The translations under genes were made by a program, and so were the position numbers. This document shows, one piece after another, positions 19,590 to 29,754 of a DNA stretch of 51,035 nucleotides; position 1 is the first letter of the stretch; every line of letters starts with the position of its first letter. Under the pieces are notes generated by a model that was not told where the DNA came from, searched no databases, and worked only from the letters and a program-made list of their open reading frames with translations. This stretch comes from Methanobacteriota archaeon (lineage in GTDB: Archaea > Thermoplasmatota > Poseidoniia > Poseidoniales > Poseidoniaceae). The stretch spans positions 1-51,035 of the forward strand of contig NZFU01000034.1 in assembly GCA_002689345.1 (NCBI GenBank). The letters run 5' to 3'.

Positions 19590-21572
19590 TCAAAGAAAGA
19601 AACCTTCTTTCCAAGCAGTAATTTGTCCAGTAAATGCACTAGCGGCCACAGTTAGTGGACTTGCAAGATACAATTTACCAGGGCCAGACCTTCCTTGGAA
19701 GTTACGATTAATCGCAGAGACTGTAACCTGTTCTGGAGTAATGGAAACACCGGGTCCTGCGCCAATACATGCTCCACAACCAGGATCGATAAGTTTCACA
19801 CCAACGCGTAGGAATAAATCGTGCCATCCTCTTTTCACAGCTAGGTCTTTTACCTGACCACTACCATATTGAATGTAGAAGTCAACACCCTCTTTGACCT
19901 GTAATCCAGCGGCCTCAGCAGCAGCACAGACCATTGCATAATACGCGACATCGTCTTCTTTACCAGCGGTGCAAGAGCCCCCGTAAGCAATATCAATTTC
20001 AACATCGCCAATATCTGTAATATTTGCACCGTTAGTCGGGTCTGATGGAATCCCCTCATCAGGATTTCCTGGATGAGCGACCATTGGGACAATATCGGAG
20101 AGGTCAATCGTGTGAACTCCACCATCATATATCGCCCCAGAGTCAGGCATTACGGCCAATTCTTGCATACGCAATCTATCGGTTCCTTGTGCGTTTTCCA
20201 TCCAGTCAAATAGGGAATCATCGGCTTCACAAATCCCAGTTCTACCACTACATTCTGTAGCCATATTACAAAGCGTAGCTCTTTCATCAACCGATAGAGA
20301 TGACAAACCAGGCCCACCAAATTCCATCGAACGGTTTAGAGTTAGTTCTTCACGAGCATGGTCGGCTAAGATGTAGAGAATTACATCCTTTGCAGTACAA
20401 CCATCAACCAATTTTCCAATTAATTCAAAGCGAATAGATTCGGGAACTTTGACGAATGTGAATCCAGAATAAACCAGGCTTGCATACTCGGTTGCTCCTA
20501 CGCCATAGGTTAGAGCATTCGATGCACCGCCCATGCAAGTATGCGAATCAGTTGCCTGAATGAAATCTCCAACCTCGATAAACTCCTCTCTAGCAACTTG
20601 GTGACAAATACCAGGGGACACACCATCTTTAGCAGAGTAATCTCTTACACCCGTGTGTTTTTGAAATTCAACTTGTAAATCACGTAATGTCTGTACCTTT
20701 TGCATATGAGGGACAAATTTGGGATTATGAGCAGCATACAGCAAGTGGTCTTCGAATACAGCAAATTTACTAGGGTTTGGTAAAGAGTAATCTTCACCAT
20801 ATTCCTCGCTCAAGAACGTATGAACTTGAGCGGTGGTAAATTCGTGGCTATAGCCTCCCTGAACTTGAGCGATTACGGGGTCATGAGGCTTAACACATTG
20901 ACCAGGCTCTTGACCGACCAAGTTGCGAGCAATAATTTTCTCAGCCATTGTCATTGCACACTCAGTCGTTTCTAATGGCGGAAGTGAAATTTTCTCACTC
21001 TTCAATTTCTCAGCAAACGGGAACAAACCTCCGCATTCAATTATCAATTTAGTGACAGGATCATATTTTGAAGTGAATTCATCTAGCGAAATACTCTCGC
21101 CATTTTGTAAACGACTCAACATTTCGTAGTCCCCCATCAATTGTCCAAGGTTTATGTTATTTCTTTCATGAATTGGAGCAAAAGAGGAAGCGATAACGAT
21201 TCTGATTCCTGCCCAACGTTCACACTGTGCAGCAGTTTCACGCGACGAACCAGTCCCTTTACGCTGCCCCGAAACAATAATCTCAAAATTACCGTTAATC
21301 AAAGCCTTCTCATTGAATACACGCATGCCGTCTTGCATTAATCCTGCATATGCATTTTTTGCAATCTCACTGGGCTCATGATCGAAACAAACCCACGCCG
21401 GCGTCATCACATCGGTATTGATGTCGTCGAGCAAATCCTCTGGCGATAAATCGCTCATTTTCAGGTCAAGGCCATCGTATAATTGGCGCTTAATCAGCCC
21501 CAAGTCCTTGGTAAGAAACAATACTCTCTTTCCGGGCGAGAGATTGATTTTTTCAGGTGGCCAAATTCCCAT
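19590..21572 (-). CDS. aconitase-family hydratase, fused LeuD-like (N-terminal swivel) plus LeuC-like [4Fe-4S] domain
   Basis: DDINTDVMTP, GTGSSRE, SFAPIHERNNIN (swivel); DSHT, GSCT, PGCGACIG and AINRNFQGRSG (cluster domain). Confidence 0.9.
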   Translation of the reverse strand: MGIWPPEKINLSPGKRVLFLTKDLGLIKRQLYDGLDLKMSDLSPEDLLDDINTDVMTPAWVCFDHEPSEIAKNAYAGLMQDGMRVFNEKALINGNFEIIVSGQRKGTGSSRETAAQCERWAGIRIVIASSFAPIHERNNINLGQLMGDYEMLSRLQNGESISLDEFTSKYDPVTKLIIECGGLFPFAEKLKSEKISLPPLETTECAMTMAEKIIARNLVGQEPGQCVKPHDPVIAQVQGGYSHEFTTAQVHTFLSEEYGEDYSLPNPSKFAVFEDHLLYAAHNPKFVPHMQKVQTLRDLQVEFQKHTGVRDYSAKDGVSPGICHQVAREEFIEVGDFIQATDSHTCMGGASNALTYGVGATEYASLVYSGFTFVKVPESIRFELIGKLVDGCTAKDVILYILADHAREELTLNRSMEFGGPGLSSLSVDERATLCNMATECSGRTGICEADDSLFDWMENAQGTDRLRMQELAVMPDSGAIYDGGVHTIDLSDIVPMVAHPGNPDEGIPSDPTNGANITDIGDVEIDIAYGGSCTAGKEDDVAYYAMVCAAAEAAGLQVKEGVDFYIQYGSGQVKDLAVKRGWHDLFLRVGVKLIDPGCGACIGAGPGVSITPEQVTVSAINRNFQGRSGPGKLYLASPLTVAASAFTGQITAWKEGFFL

Positions 21573-21825
21573 TATCCATCTCCCCTATTCCCTTTCAAAG
21601 CGGCGGGAGGTATAACGGGTTCGGATTTGCAAACACACTTCTTTGCTCACTTACTACTTCTGACTTTTTATGTTCTAGAACCCGATAGACGTTTTTTTAT
21701 GATTCTTAATTAACACGGAATACGAAAATCCGGCGATCATTTTTTGCAGGTATTACATATTTTACCCAAACGATACACTGAGCGCCAATTGCCATAGAAA
21801 GAGTATTAACCGTGCCGCCAAATTG

Positions 21826-21833
21826 TTTAAATA
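21826..21833 (+). promoter_or_regulatory. TATA box candidate for tfb
   Basis: TTTAAATA ~60 bp upstream of the GTG start, which is preceded by GAGGA. Confidence 0.45.
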
Positions 21834-21890
21834 ACTCCTGACGGAGGCTTTGGATAATTATTCGGCAAGCATGTTGCTAGCGCCGAGGAT

Positions 21891-22829
21891 GTGAAACAAA
21901 TGGATAACAACCAACATGTAGAAGATATCGTAAAGTGCAGCGATTGTGGAAGTCGTGCACTAACCCGTGATGAAACTCGCGGAGAAGTTGTATGTGACGA
22001 CTGCGGTCTTGTTTTAGAGGACAATGTAATCGATCAAGGTGCAGAGTGGAGAGTATTCTCTCCAGAGCAGGGCGATCAGCGTGCACGTACAGGTGCTCCA
22101 ATGACTGTCATGCTTCACGATAAGGGATTATCGACAGACATTGACTGGCAGAACAAGGATTACTCTGGTAAAACCATCAACTCAAGATATCGTTCTCAAT
22201 TCTACCGAATGAGAAAGTGGCAGAAGAGGTCTCGTGTTTCAAACGCAACCGAGAGAAACCTAGCAATGGCTCTAGCAGAATTAGACCGTATGGCAAGCCG
22301 CCTCGAACTACCAAAATCAGTTCGTGAAGCAGCAGCTGTAAATTACAAGAAAGCGGTCGAGAAGAGATTGATTCGAGGACGTTCTATCGAAGGTGTTGCA
22401 GCAGCATCTCTGTATGCAGCATGCCGACAATGTGGTGTACCTCGTACACTGGACGAAATCGGCCAAGCTAGCCGTACAGGCCGCAAGGAAATCGGAAGAA
22501 CCTACAGATTCATGGTTCGCGAACTGAAGATGAAGATTATGCCAACAGGCCCCGAAGACTACATTTCGAGATTTTGTTCAGGATTGGGCTTGGATGCGGA
22601 AGTTGAAGCAAAGGCTCACGAACTGATCAAGGCTGCTCAGGAAAAGGAATTGACCAGTGGGCGTGGACCAACTGGTATTGCAGCATCTATCATTTACATT
22701 GCAAGCGTTCTATGCGGAAAGCGCAGAACCCAGCGAGAAGTTGCTGAAGTTGCTGGGGTAACCGAAGTAACAATCCGTAACCGATACAAGGAACTAATTC
22801 AGAACCTTAACATCGAATTAGATATTTGA
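21891..22829 (+). CDS. tfb: transcription initiation factor IIB (TFB)
   Basis: CSDC..CDDCG zinc ribbon, EWRVFS B-reader, two cyclin repeats, [17 protein letters not shown]. Confidence 0.98.
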   Translation: MKQMDNNQHVEDIVKCSDCGSRALTRDETRGEVVCDDCGLVLEDNVIDQGAEWRVFSPEQGDQRARTGAPMTVMLHDKGLSTDIDWQNKDYSGKTINSRYRSQFYRMRKWQKRSRVSNATERNLAMALAELDRMASRLELPKSVREAAAVNYKKAVEKRLIRGRSIEGVAAASLYAACRQCGVPRTLDEIGQASRTGRKEIGRTYRFMVRELKMKIMPTGPEDYISRFCSGLGLDAEVEAKAHELIKAAQEKELTSGRGPTGIAASIIYIASVLCGKRRTQREVAEVAGVTEVTIRNRYKELIQNLNIELDI

Positions 22830-22861
22830 GGGAATTCCATTTGGAATTTTAGCACTCCTAG

Positions 22862-24337
22862 GTGAGTCGAATGAAGAGTAAACGCAGAGTATCACAGAAG
22901 GTATTAGAGGCCCTATCTGAACGCTTAGTGTCATCTCTTGAAAGAGGGACTGAATCATGGCCATTACCACAGCCTCCTTTGGCAGACCCTGATTTTCCTC
23001 CAATTCATCCTAAGGAAAAAGGCAAAATTATGGAAATGGGCTTAGGGCTTTTACAAGCAGACAAAGGAATGTTCGACAGGCATTTGTCAATTGTAGTTGA
23101 TTTGATAGTCCCCCATAGGATGAATCTTTCTGACGACCCGTTCGAAATCCATGAAAGATGGTTACTGAAAAGACTGAATGTTCTCACAGAGAGATTGTCA
23201 TTTGCCATTGCAACCGAATGGCTGGCCCAAGCCCTCGATCGTTCTAGCCCCGACCCTGATAGATGGTGGTTAGCAGTAGCCCTAGTCAATGGTTTATGCA
23301 CAGAATCTCACGGCCAATCCGTTCATCAAGGCTATCACTTAGTCGAATCAATTGCTCTTGCAGAGCGCCCAGGAACTTGGCACACTCAACCAGAAGTCTC
23401 CAGTGCAAATATGGATTGGAATCCTCATGGAATGGTTCCTAGAACAACATCAGTAGTTGCTCATGAAGCAGGAACAGATGCAGCAAAATGGCTCATGACC
23501 CAATTGGAGAATAGCGGCGAAGAGCGTCGCAAATTATTGGTCGAATGGTGCCGCCTACTGTTAGAGAGAAAGGAATTAATTGAGCCATTAGGAATTTCAC
23601 AAATTCTTACTCGTAGAGCCAGCGATGCTTCTGAAGAAGTATCGAGTAGAGTGGTAGTTTGTCTAGCCAAATTGCTTGAGGGAGACAAAGATTCAGGGCT
23701 CGAATGTATTAGAGTACTGAATTCTAGAGAAGATTTACTTACACGCCGAGCTATGGCGGATGTACTAACCAGAATGTTCAGAAGAATTACTACAGATGCT
23801 ATTCCTCTATTGAATAGCATGTTAGAAGATAAAGACGAAAGCGTATTAGCTGCAGCAAGCGCTACCGTGGGGGATTTACGATTTCTCGACAAAGAAATGT
23901 GGGCAAATAAAATTCTTGAATTGTGCGACCACCATTCGCAAATCGTGAGAAGAAATCTCGTCTACACTATCCGAGATTATTTGGAAGAGTTTTCTGATGA
24001 TAGCCGTGGAATTATTCCGAAGCTATGGGGAGATGGAGATGAAGTTGTATTAACTCGTCTTCGAGAGTTACTGATGAGAATGGATGAAGTTGATGCTGAT
24101 AGATTTGCAATAACTGTACGCTCTCTTGAACATCTGAACCTCGAAGGGCTTTGGAACCCTATGAAAATTAGAAACGAAGAAAGAGCCACTCAGTGGCAAA
24201 TGTGGTTAGCAGGCGAGGCAGAACAACCATCAACGCCCGAATCGGTTCATGTTCATGTGTCAGATATGACTGAAGGAGAGTTACCAGATCTTAGCGATGC
24301 CCTAGATACTTTAGATGACATGGGCTTCTTGGATTGA
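22862..24337 (+). CDS. HEAT/ARM-repeat protein
   Basis: C-terminal half has helical repeats such as LLNSMLEDKDESVLAAA and LCDHHSQIVRRNL; start 22862 or 22871. Confidence 0.7.
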   Translation: MSRMKSKRRVSQKVLEALSERLVSSLERGTESWPLPQPPLADPDFPPIHPKEKGKIMEMGLGLLQADKGMFDRHLSIVVDLIVPHRMNLSDDPFEIHERWLLKRLNVLTERLSFAIATEWLAQALDRSSPDPDRWWLAVALVNGLCTESHGQSVHQGYHLVESIALAERPGTWHTQPEVSSANMDWNPHGMVPRTTSVVAHEAGTDAAKWLMTQLENSGEERRKLLVEWCRLLLERKELIEPLGISQILTRRASDASEEVSSRVVVCLAKLLEGDKDSGLECIRVLNSREDLLTRRAMADVLTRMFRRITTDAIPLLNSMLEDKDESVLAAASATVGDLRFLDKEMWANKILELCDHHSQIVRRNLVYTIRDYLEEFSDDSRGIIPKLWGDGDEVVLTRLRELLMRMDEVDADRFAITVRSLEHLNLEGLWNPMKIRNEERATQWQMWLAGEAEQPSTPESVHVHVSDMTEGELPDLSDALDTLDDMGFLD

Positions 24338-24373
24338 CGCAACACTCATCAACGCGGCCCATATTCAACAGCC

Positions 24374-26302
24374 ATGCGCAGCGCACTATTGTTTACTACA
24401 ATCCTTCTTTTTGCGATTGTTCCTTTTTCAAATTCAGCCGCAGCAAGCGGTTTGGATGAGAACTCAGGAATTACAATTACCGCATCATTTGATAATTCAA
24501 CAGAAATGACCACATTGAATGTTTCAATGCCCGTCACCAATAATGCGACTCTATTAGATGAGCTCAAAGATGAAACGTTCTCAATTTTTAGATTAGTAGC
24601 CGGAGACTATCCGGTATACATAGAATCCATTGCAACAAATATACAATTTTGCACCCAAGGCATGTCTAATTCTGAATGTTCAGGGGCAACTTTCCAAATC
24701 GAATATTTCCCGAGCCCGTTCGATCATGATGATTTTGAATATGTTCTCGATTTTGGTAATAATGGAATACATTGGATTATCAGCAATTCAGTCGAAGAAG
24801 CGGTTTCTCCAGTTATGGCAGTAGAAAATCTAACAGGCATGTATTCTGATGATATCACCACTCTATCTTGGGATTATATCGATCAGGATTTCCCAATGAA
24901 TCATTCAGTCATGATTTACAGCCACGATTCTCCAGCAACAAGAGATAACTGGAATGGAATGGCTAAAACAATAGTTAGTAGCAGTGTTCCTGCGGGGACT
25001 ACAAGTTACCAAATTGACCATTCAGCCCAACAAGTCGAAAGAGAAATTTACTATTCTGTGACCTTATTGTTTGAAACATCAGAAGATGCTAGATTCATTG
25101 GCAGCAATACACTTTCACAACCGCTAAATGAAGACAATACTGCACCATTATTTGTTGGCGAATTAACAGCATCCTTTGATTCAGCAACCGACGTAACAAC
25201 TCTCGACTGGGAAGAAGGAGTTCCCGATGATGATTTGTTGATAAACATCTACCGCCATGACTCCGAATTAGAACAAATCAATCCTGGGAGATTGGTGGCC
25301 ACAGTTGACGCCAGTATCTCGAATTACGACATTATCGTTCCATTTGGTGAGCACAGGTTAACTTCGTATGCAATCACTTTAGTTGATTCCGAAGGTAATG
25401 AAATCTTAGATTTGACCGAAGCATCGCCTGTTTCAAATTCAGTTATCGAATCTACAATTTCTACAACTACAATTACAGATATTAGCGCTGAAAGATATGG
25501 CGATGGAACTATTGTTGTCTCATGGACAGACAATACACAAAATCCGAATGCAATCGCTAGAGTTTGGCGCTCTCTCACCGGTCCAATAGATTCCTTTGAT
25601 AATGTCGAAGAATTATCCATAGCAAATGTATCTTCAGAGCAATACTCGCACAATCCAATCAATGCTCATGATGAAGCCTGGTATGCGGTTACAATAGATG
25701 CAGCATGGGGGTCAGAACAAGAGCCATGGCACGATGATAGGCTATTCGATGGAGTAAATTCAATGCAAAACCCGATTCGCGAAACAGAAGATGCTATCGA
25801 AGAGCCAACAATTAATTTCAGTTCGCAAGTTCTAACCTCAACTGGATTTAGAGCTAATATTAGCGATGGTTCAATGTTGACACTTGGCCCAATGTATGAA
25901 GGAGATGTAATTGTAATTTCAACATCTTCTCTAGTCACTAATATCTCCTGTCACGATATTGCTGGGCAGGGCACATCAATAGGCTCAGGACCAGATTGGG
26001 CATTATCTTTCAGCGCCAATCAAACAGGTGAAAAATGCCTGGGAACTATTGTTGATGGCCAAGATGAAATTGGGTTTACTATGACTTGGAATTATATTGA
26101 GACAATTCCACAAACCGATGACGACGACGACGATAATGACGACGACGATCAAAAGGATGGGGTAAACGATGGCAAAAAAGGTCAAGATGATGACGATGAA
26201 AAGGGCCAAATTACAACCGTAATTTTGACAATAGTTATTCTGGCGTTATTGGTGTATCTCTTTGTAATGATGCGTACACAAGACTATTCTGAAGAAGAGT
26301 GA
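24374..26302 (+). CDS. secreted/membrane-anchored protein with about 4 fibronectin-III-like repeats, Asp-rich linker and C-terminal TM
   Basis: Signal peptide; repeats LTASFD..TTL(S/D)W...IY(R/S)H...Y(S/A)(V/I)TL; DDDDDDNDDDD linker; TM ITTVILTIVILALLVYLFVMM. Confidence 0.75.
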   Translation: MRSALLFTTILLFAIVPFSNSAAASGLDENSGITITASFDNSTEMTTLNVSMPVTNNATLLDELKDETFSIFRLVAGDYPVYIESIATNIQFCTQGMSNSECSGATFQIEYFPSPFDHDDFEYVLDFGNNGIHWIISNSVEEAVSPVMAVENLTGMYSDDITTLSWDYIDQDFPMNHSVMIYSHDSPATRDNWNGMAKTIVSSSVPAGTTSYQIDHSAQQVEREIYYSVTLLFETSEDARFIGSNTLSQPLNEDNTAPLFVGELTASFDSATDVTTLDWEEGVPDDDLLINIYRHDSELEQINPGRLVATVDASISNYDIIVPFGEHRLTSYAITLVDSEGNEILDLTEASPVSNSVIESTISTTTITDISAERYGDGTIVVSWTDNTQNPNAIARVWRSLTGPIDSFDNVEELSIANVSSEQYSHNPINAHDEAWYAVTIDAAWGSEQEPWHDDRLFDGVNSMQNPIRETEDAIEEPTINFSSQVLTSTGFRANISDGSMLTLGPMYEGDVIVISTSSLVTNISCHDIAGQGTSIGSGPDWALSFSANQTGEKCLGTIVDGQDEIGFTMTWNYIETIPQTDDDDDDNDDDDQKDGVNDGKKGQDDDDEKGQITTVILTIVILALLVYLFVMMRTQDYSEEE

Positions 26303-26875
26303 TTATTCCTCTTCAAAATTAAACTTTGAATCAACTACAACCGAATCCCGAATTTGGATATTTTGAATATTGTAGGTCACACTAGAAGAATCGTTATTTC
26401 CGCTTTCTTCTAAATCTTCATCGCTGTTGGCTCCAGTATCCGGAATATTATCTGAGCCGCCTCTATTGGCGGCTAAATCTTCTCTTAACGGCCCGGCTGT
26501 TGAAAGCCAAACATAGACCCCATTCGTAGTAACCAATAGTCCCACAAGAGACAGGACTAGACCCGCAGGTTCTGGAAAGAAATCAATTCGCCCTATCGCG
26601 TATGCTATTCCCAGAATTACAATTCCAGTGATAATTACCAACTTCGATGTCGCTTCAGGGTCTTTCCACATATCCATTGTTGGAACTACTCCTTTCACTC
26701 CAAAAGTAAGTCTGAACCAAGCCAGGTATAGCAACATCATCCCTGTTAATCCTAGCGTTCCTGAAGTGAAGGTGGAATCTCCCCATGGCCCTGACGGCGA
26801 GATGTCGGTGAATGTAATTCCAACCAGAATTACCCCTAGAGCGGCAAACCCTCGCCACTCAGCCTTTGCGCCCAT
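26303..26875 (-). CDS. hypothetical membrane protein (4 TM) with acidic tail ending in an NIQIRDSV motif
   Basis: ORF 26303..26887; ATG at 26875 preferred from promoter spacing. Confidence 0.65.
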   Translation of the reverse strand: MGAKAEWRGFAALGVILVGITFTDISPSGPWGDSTFTSGTLGLTGMMLLYLAWFRLTFGVKGVVPTMDMWKDPEATSKLVIITGIVILGIAYAIGRIDFFPEPAGLVLSLVGLLVTTNGVYVWLSTAGPLREDLAANRGGSDNIPDTGANSDEDLEESGNNDSSSVTYNIQNIQIRDSVVVDSKFNFEEE

Positions 26876-26898
26876 TATGGGGGCCACGGGGCGCGACG

Positions 26899-26906
26899 CT
26901 TGAAAG
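26899..26906. promoter_or_regulatory. candidate bidirectional TATA-like element
   Basis: CTTGAAAG lies 23-24 bp from ATG 26875 (-) and ATG 26929 (+). Confidence 0.4.
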
Positions 26907-26928
26907 CAATGGGGCCATGAGGCGGGTT

Positions 26929-27786
26929 ATGGCAGCGGTTGAAGACGCAGTTTTGGTAGCCGGCGGCATCGGTTCAAGGATGCTACCGGCCAGCGCAGCG
27001 ATCGCCAAGGAAGCACTACCTTTGGTGGACATCCCCGCATTATCGCATTTAGCTCGAGAAGCGGTTGAAGCAGGAGCAAAACGTCTACACATCATAACCT
27101 CGCCAAGCAAAGATTTGAGTAACTTATTGAAAGACAATTCATGGCTACATGAAAAGCGCCCAGATATCTCAAAAGAAATACTTTCACCATTTATTGATGT
27201 AGAAGTGTTAGTTCATGTTCAACATATTCCTAGAGGATTTGGAGATGCCCTAAGTTGTGCATTACATGCTATCAATGGCCCATTTATGGTTTTACTAGGT
27301 GACAATATTTTACTGGATACTTTTACAGATGCTACGAATTATTCCCCTTCAAACGCTTCAAAGATTTTAGTCGAGGCATACCGACAAAACTCTCTACCAT
27401 GCGTTGGTTTAGCAGCGGTTGAAGACCCAGAGAATTACGGAGTAGTTTCTATGGATGGCGACTTGGTTAAGGAAATAATCGAGAAGCCAAGTCGTGAGAG
27501 CGCCCCTAGCAATTTGGTGCTTTGTGGCCGTTATATTTTCACAGCTGAGACTAAATCATTACTTGAGAAATATAGTTTTGAAGAATATGGCGAACTTCAA
27601 TCAATAGCGGTTCAGAAACATTGGATGGATAATGAAGGCCTTGTAGGAATAGAACTCAAGGGTTTCCAGTGGTACGATTCAGGCGCACCATTGCCCTGGC
27701 TAAAAAGTCAAATCGATTATGCATTAAGACGTGATGATATGAGCGACGAACTCAGACAATGGCTCAAAGAACGCCTTCAACGCTGA
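26929..27786 (+). CDS. galU: UTP-glucose-1-phosphate uridylyltransferase-like nucleotidyltransferase
   Basis: AGGIGSRMLPAS..KEALPLVD, Q..PRGFGDA, VLLGD, IIEKPS, GRYIF; start 26917 or 26929. Confidence 0.8.
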   Translation: MAAVEDAVLVAGGIGSRMLPASAAIAKEALPLVDIPALSHLAREAVEAGAKRLHIITSPSKDLSNLLKDNSWLHEKRPDISKEILSPFIDVEVLVHVQHIPRGFGDALSCALHAINGPFMVLLGDNILLDTFTDATNYSPSNASKILVEAYRQNSLPCVGLAAVEDPENYGVVSMDGDLVKEIIEKPSRESAPSNLVLCGRYIFTAETKSLLEKYSFEEYGELQSIAVQKHWMDNEGLVGIELKGFQWYDSGAPLPWLKSQIDYALRRDDMSDELRQWLKERLQR

Positions 27787-28301
27787 CCTGGTTTCCAAAA
27801 AGATAGAGACGCAGGAGTCTCATCATTAGCAGCACGTATTGCCAAATGGTCGGCGCGTTCATTCCAACGATGCCCACTATGAGCCTTGACATGCTCCCAT
27901 GACAATTCTCTCAACTCCTTCACTTCATTCCATAGAGATTGTAAGTGTGCAACCAATTCTCTATTCGCTTTTGCTTTCCATGCTCCAGTTGCTTGATTTC
28001 CAGCATATTGCGAATCTGTTTTAATTACAATTCGTGACTCGCCACCTTCACTTAAAGCCCAACGTAAAGCCTCAGCCATCGCTGTTAATTCCGCTGTATT
28101 ATTTGAGCCAACTTCAGCCCCTATGAACATGGAATCATCCGGATTAGTTACAACCTTTCCACTGAATTCATGCATGATTTCTCCGTTACCACGGCCTAAA
28201 TCATTCGACCCTGTGATAATCACAACACCCCAGCCTGCTGGAGTATCACTATCCACATTTTGATTGCCAATGCAAGAACCATCAACATAAATGTGAAACA
28301 T
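27777..28301 (-). CDS. rnhA: ribonuclease HI
   Basis: YVDGSC, SNNTAELTA, TDSQY, HVKAHSGHRWNERADHLA. Confidence 0.95.
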   Translation of the reverse strand: MFHIYVDGSCIGNQNVDSDTPAGWGVVIITGSNDLGRGNGEIMHEFSGKVVTNPDDSMFIGAEVGSNNTAELTAMAEALRWALSEGGESRIVIKTDSQYAGNQATGAWKAKANRELVAHLQSLWNEVKELRELSWEHVKAHSGHRWNERADHLAIRAANDETPASLSFWKPGQR

Positions 28302-28308
28302 TCTATTT

Positions 28309-28692
28309 TCACTCGCCGATTTCAGATTTGTAATCAGCAGGCGACATCAATCCAGAAACTGCAGAAGCATCATCTAATTTCATACGGATAATCCATCCTT
28401 CGCCATACGGCTCTTGGTTCATCAATTCCGGAGCATCATCCAATGCTTCGTTGACAGCGGTAATTTCTCCAGCGAGTGGAGCGAAAATTGGTGAAGCAGA
28501 TTTAACGGATTCGACAATGGCAAATTCATCCATGTCTCCACATACTTGGCCCGCTTCGGGTAATTCGATGTAAACGATATCTGTTAGGGCATTCTGGGCA
28601 TGATCGGTAATTCCGATTACCACTTCATCCCCTTCAACTCTAATCCATTCATGCTCTTTGGTGTAAAACAGGCCTTCTGGAACGTCACTCAT
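28309..28692 (-). CDS. gcvH: glycine cleavage system H protein
   Basis: YTKEHEW, GITDHAQ, VESVKSAS (lipoyl-Lys), PYGEGW. Confidence 0.97.
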   Translation of the reverse strand: MSDVPEGLFYTKEHEWIRVEGDEVVIGITDHAQNALTDIVYIELPEAGQVCGDMDEFAIVESVKSASPIFAPLAGEITAVNEALDDAPELMNQEPYGEGWIIRMKLDDASAVSGLMSPADYKSEIGE

Positions 28693-28739
28693 GATACTCC
28701 CTCGATTATGTGCAGTTGGTTAAAGGAATCAAACCTTTC

Positions 28740-29381
28740 TCATAACTGACTTGAACAATGTGGACAAATATTCCAATTAGCTTCAACCGCATTTCCACAA
28801 TTACTGCAGGTCTTTGGGCTATTATCTGCAATCATCACCGAATCATTTAGCACAGTGTTTCCAACCTGTCCAATCTGAACCATCGGCTGAGACTGCTCAA
28901 GGTTTTCTTGTCGAATTCTTCCTGCTTCAGAATACAAGCCAGCCTTTTCATATGCAATAGCCGCATCTTCCCAATTCCTGGCTCTTTCCAAATTTATGGC
29001 CTTATTTTTCCAAGCATCTTGTTGAGATGGTAAAACAGGTTGTTGTGGCTGTGGACGAGGAACTGGTTGTTGCATTACGGGTTGCTGGTACACATGTTGC
29101 TGAATAACTGGTTGCTGAACCACAGGAACGTATTGTGGCTGCTGCTGAATAACAACAACCTTGTGACTGTCCACTTTAGTGCTGAGTGCACTGATTGCAA
29201 AGATGAGCGAACCACAACATAGTAGCGACCCACACATCTCCATCTCCACATTATCGCCAGAGGGATCATCACTACCAGAGGCGCCGATTAGGATAAAAGA
29301 AAGAATGCCAAGTACGATACAAACATTCCAGTACATCGACTTCTTTTTTTTGCCATCGTCAGGTAATTGGATATTCATCAT
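28740..29381 (-). CDS. membrane protein with Gln/Pro-rich linker, TPR-like helix pair and C-terminal zinc ribbon
   Basis: Two TM segments, QQPV repeats, ARNWEDAAIAYEKAG, CSNCG..CPHC. Confidence 0.7.
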   Translation of the reverse strand: MMNIQLPDDGKKKKSMYWNVCIVLGILSFILIGASGSDDPSGDNVEMEMCGSLLCCGSLIFAISALSTKVDSHKVVVIQQQPQYVPVVQQPVIQQHVYQQPVMQQPVPRPQPQQPVLPSQQDAWKNKAINLERARNWEDAAIAYEKAGLYSEAGRIRQENLEQSQPMVQIGQVGNTVLNDSVMIADNSPKTCSNCGNAVEANWNICPHCSSQL

Positions 29382-29731
29382 TCTTCCTCCAATTCCTTAG
29401 ATAGCATTGTATGTTCAAGTTTCGCCCAAGCATTTCCTATGTCTGCATCACTTGTTGTTTGAATAAGTTCTTCCTCAATTCGAGCAGCCATCGAAACATC
29501 ATTTTCGTCAGGAAACCAACTTGACAACGGCCCTTCTCCGCGTCCAGTTGGGCCAGCGAGAGCCAATAGCATTAACCCAATTATGGGGACGGTAATACTT
29601 AATTCTGGCTTATCTATTGATAATACGCCAGATATGAGGCCTAAGCCGCTTGCCATGAGCAAACCCAGACCAGTGCCTAGTAGCAACCTACGGGCACTTT
29701 TGGCTGGGCTCATAGAACCCCCAATTCGCAA
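29378..29731 (-). CDS. small hypothetical membrane protein
   Basis: 117-aa ORF, 2 TM segments, abuts neighbours in an operon-like arrangement; likely ATG 29713. Confidence 0.6.
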   Translation of the reverse strand: MRIGGSMSPAKSARRLLLGTGLGLLMASGLGLISGVLSIDKPELSITVPIIGLMLLALAGPTGRGEGPLSSWFPDENDVSMAARIEEELIQTTSDADIGNAWAKLEHTMLSKELEEE

Positions 29732-29754
29732 TATGGCATGAAACCAGCGGCTAA

